NCBI GenBank assembly: GCA_050015715.1
Contig: JBEKAW010000001.1
Location: forward strand, 1 to 32,900
Source: Candidatus Krumholzibacteriaceae bacterium
GTDB taxonomy: Bacteria; Krumholzibacteriota; Krumholzibacteriia; Krumholzibacteriales; Krumholzibacteriaceae
Direction: 5' to 3'
Length of the DNA: 32,900 nt
Positions within the stretch are counted from its first letter, which is position 1. The number at the start of each line of letters is the position of its first letter. A model generated the notes under the pieces. That model worked only from the letters and a program-made list of their open reading frames with translations, was not told the DNA's origin and did not search any database. This document shows, piece after piece, positions 31,895-32,900 of this stretch. The position numbers and the translations under genes are program-made.

Positions 31895-32900
31895 CTAGAC
31901 GATGGCTGCGAACGCCGCGCGGTCGAGGGGATCGGAGCATGCGCCGGCCTCGCGGCTGTAGGTGATCTCCCATCGAATCGCCGGATAGAGCTCCTCCCCC
32001 CGCTCGCGGCAGCAATTCGCGAACCGCTCGCGGAGACTCTTCATCGCCTCTTCGATCTGCGCCTGCGAGGCGCCGGTCACGAAAAGCGCGAAGCGGTCGG
32101 GGCTCTCCTCGCGCGCGACGAGCCAGTCGTCCTTCCCGAAGAGGGCGCAGAGGTTCGTCTCGAGCAGCCGCGAGAATCTCCGCGCGTCGGGGACTGCGCC
32201 GTACAGACGCATCGAGACGAGGTGGAACGCGGTGCGCTCGAGATCCGAACGCTCGAGCATCATGTGGAGCGGATGAATGAGGTCCCGGTCCTTGTCGAAG
32301 GAGGGCGCGGCGGGCAGTCTCAGGCGGAGGGCGTCGTTTGGGGCGACCGCGTGCGTGCCGTCGAGTGCCTCGGCGAGCCGTTCGAGGATAAGCTCTCTGC
32401 GAATCTCGTCGAATGCGAAGTAGTCCTTGAGGGCTACTTTGATCTCGCCGGTCCGTCCGCACGGGATGAGCGTTATGAAGAGCGCGGGCTCATCGAGGCC
32501 GTCTTCCACGCCGTCGCTCGCCGTGACCGTGCACTCGATGTACGGGACCCGACCGAGCCAGCCGGCCATGGCCTCCACCCCGTTCATGACGTACTCCCTG
32601 AGCCGCGACCTGCACGTGAGCGCCGTGTAGTCCGGGGCCCGGAGCTTGAATCCCTCGATGAGACCGTTGCGCTCGCATTCGCCGAGGATCGCGCCGAGCT
32701 CTCTGCCGACCCTGATCAGCGACCGGTAGGCGTTGATCTCGCCCGACTCGACCATGAACACCTTCTGAAGCCCGTCGAGCGAGCTGATAAGCTTCTCGAT
32801 GTTGCGGCACCCGATGTCGAGGAAACGTTCGCGCTCGACGTCGTCGAGCGGCTCGTCTTTCGCGCTGAGGATCTGGACGGCGTTCCGCACGGAGGTCAGT
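31895..32900 (-). CDS. Signalling protein, 5'-partial: histidine-kinase-like DHp/ATPase-like region followed by a degenerate GGDEF-like C-terminal domain
   Basis: The frame stays open to the window edge (..LTSVRNAVQILSAKDEPLDDVERERFLDIGCRNIEKLISSLDGL resembles the helix following a HisKA phospho-His). A weak N-box-like YVMNGVEAM is present. The C-terminus FHLVSMRLYG...WLVAREESPDRFALFVTGASQAQIEEA...WEITYS follows the GGDEF fold pattern with SPDRF in place of GGDEF. The domain calls are tentative. Confidence 0.55.
   Translation of the reverse strand, partial: LTSVRNAVQILSAKDEPLDDVERERFLDIGCRNIEKLISSLDGLQKVFMVESGEINAYRSLIRVGRELGAILGECERNGLIEGFKLRAPDYTALTCRSRLREYVMNGVEAMAGWLGRVPYIECTVTASDGVEDGLDEPALFITLIPCGRTGEIKVALKDYFAFDEIRRELILERLAEALDGTHAVAPNDALRLRLPAAPSFDKDRDLIHPLHMMLERSDLERTAFHLVSMRLYGAVPDARRFSRLLETNLCALFGKDDWLVAREESPDRFALFVTGASQAQIEEAMKSLRERFANCCRERGEELYPAIRWEITYSREAGACSDPLDRAAFAAIV

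Overview
This is a gene-dense, high-GC bacterial chromosomal segment. My spot counts on single 60-nt lines give 63-73% GC in most genes and about 48-52% in a few patches between 4.1 and 9.0 kb. I can support about 33 protein-coding genes. I recognised no rRNA, tRNA, CRISPR array, transposase or integrase.

Gene content, left to right:
(i) The 5' part of a Tat-exported glycosylasparaginase-like gene, which is absent from the ORF track.
(ii) sdhCDAB.
(iii) An accessory block: a lipoprotein with a short collagen-like Gly-X-Y run; a 4-gene minus-strand operon of small membrane, secreted and VOC proteins; and a divergent ECF sigma factor plus zinc-finger anti-sigma factor whose large extracytoplasmic domain is low-GC.
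(iv) A minus-strand envelope trio: a seven-blade SBBP-type beta-propeller lipoprotein, an ICMT/PEMT-family membrane methyltransferase and a SnoaL/NTF2-like lipoprotein.
(v) An MrfB/YprB-like DEDDh exonuclease plus an MrfA/YprA-like DExH helicase with a C-terminal DUF1998 Cys4 domain.
(vi) An M23 peptidase and queH.
(vii) A 13-kb unidirectional minus-strand array with gaps of 0-87 nt. It holds a membrane Fe-S oxidoreductase (NarI/DsrM-like plus HdrD-like), etfB, etfA, an acyl-CoA dehydrogenase, a thioredoxin-fold lipoprotein with a degenerate CxxC, a LytS-type kinase, a LytTR regulator, a dihydrolipoyl-dehydrogenase-type flavoprotein, a double-unit M16 peptidase, a 2x[4Fe-4S] ferredoxin and selD.
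(viii) A TPR-TM-DUF4388 protein behind a sigma-54-like promoter, convergent with a partial kinase-like / degenerate GGDEF-like gene.

The most solid non-obvious observation concerns selD. It carries an in-frame TGA that aligns, without gaps, with the catalytic Cys17 of E. coli SelD. This is a selenocysteine codon that the ORF track reads as a truncation.

I did not find a clear-cut new system. The best follow-up candidates are the ECF / anti-sigma block with its chimeric sensor domain, the propeller-methyltransferase-lipoprotein trio, the helicase-exonuclease pair and the TPR-DUF4388 signalling gene.

All family assignments come from motif recognition by eye, not from searches. Start codons are my best reading, because the ORF track translates GTG/TTG starts as M.
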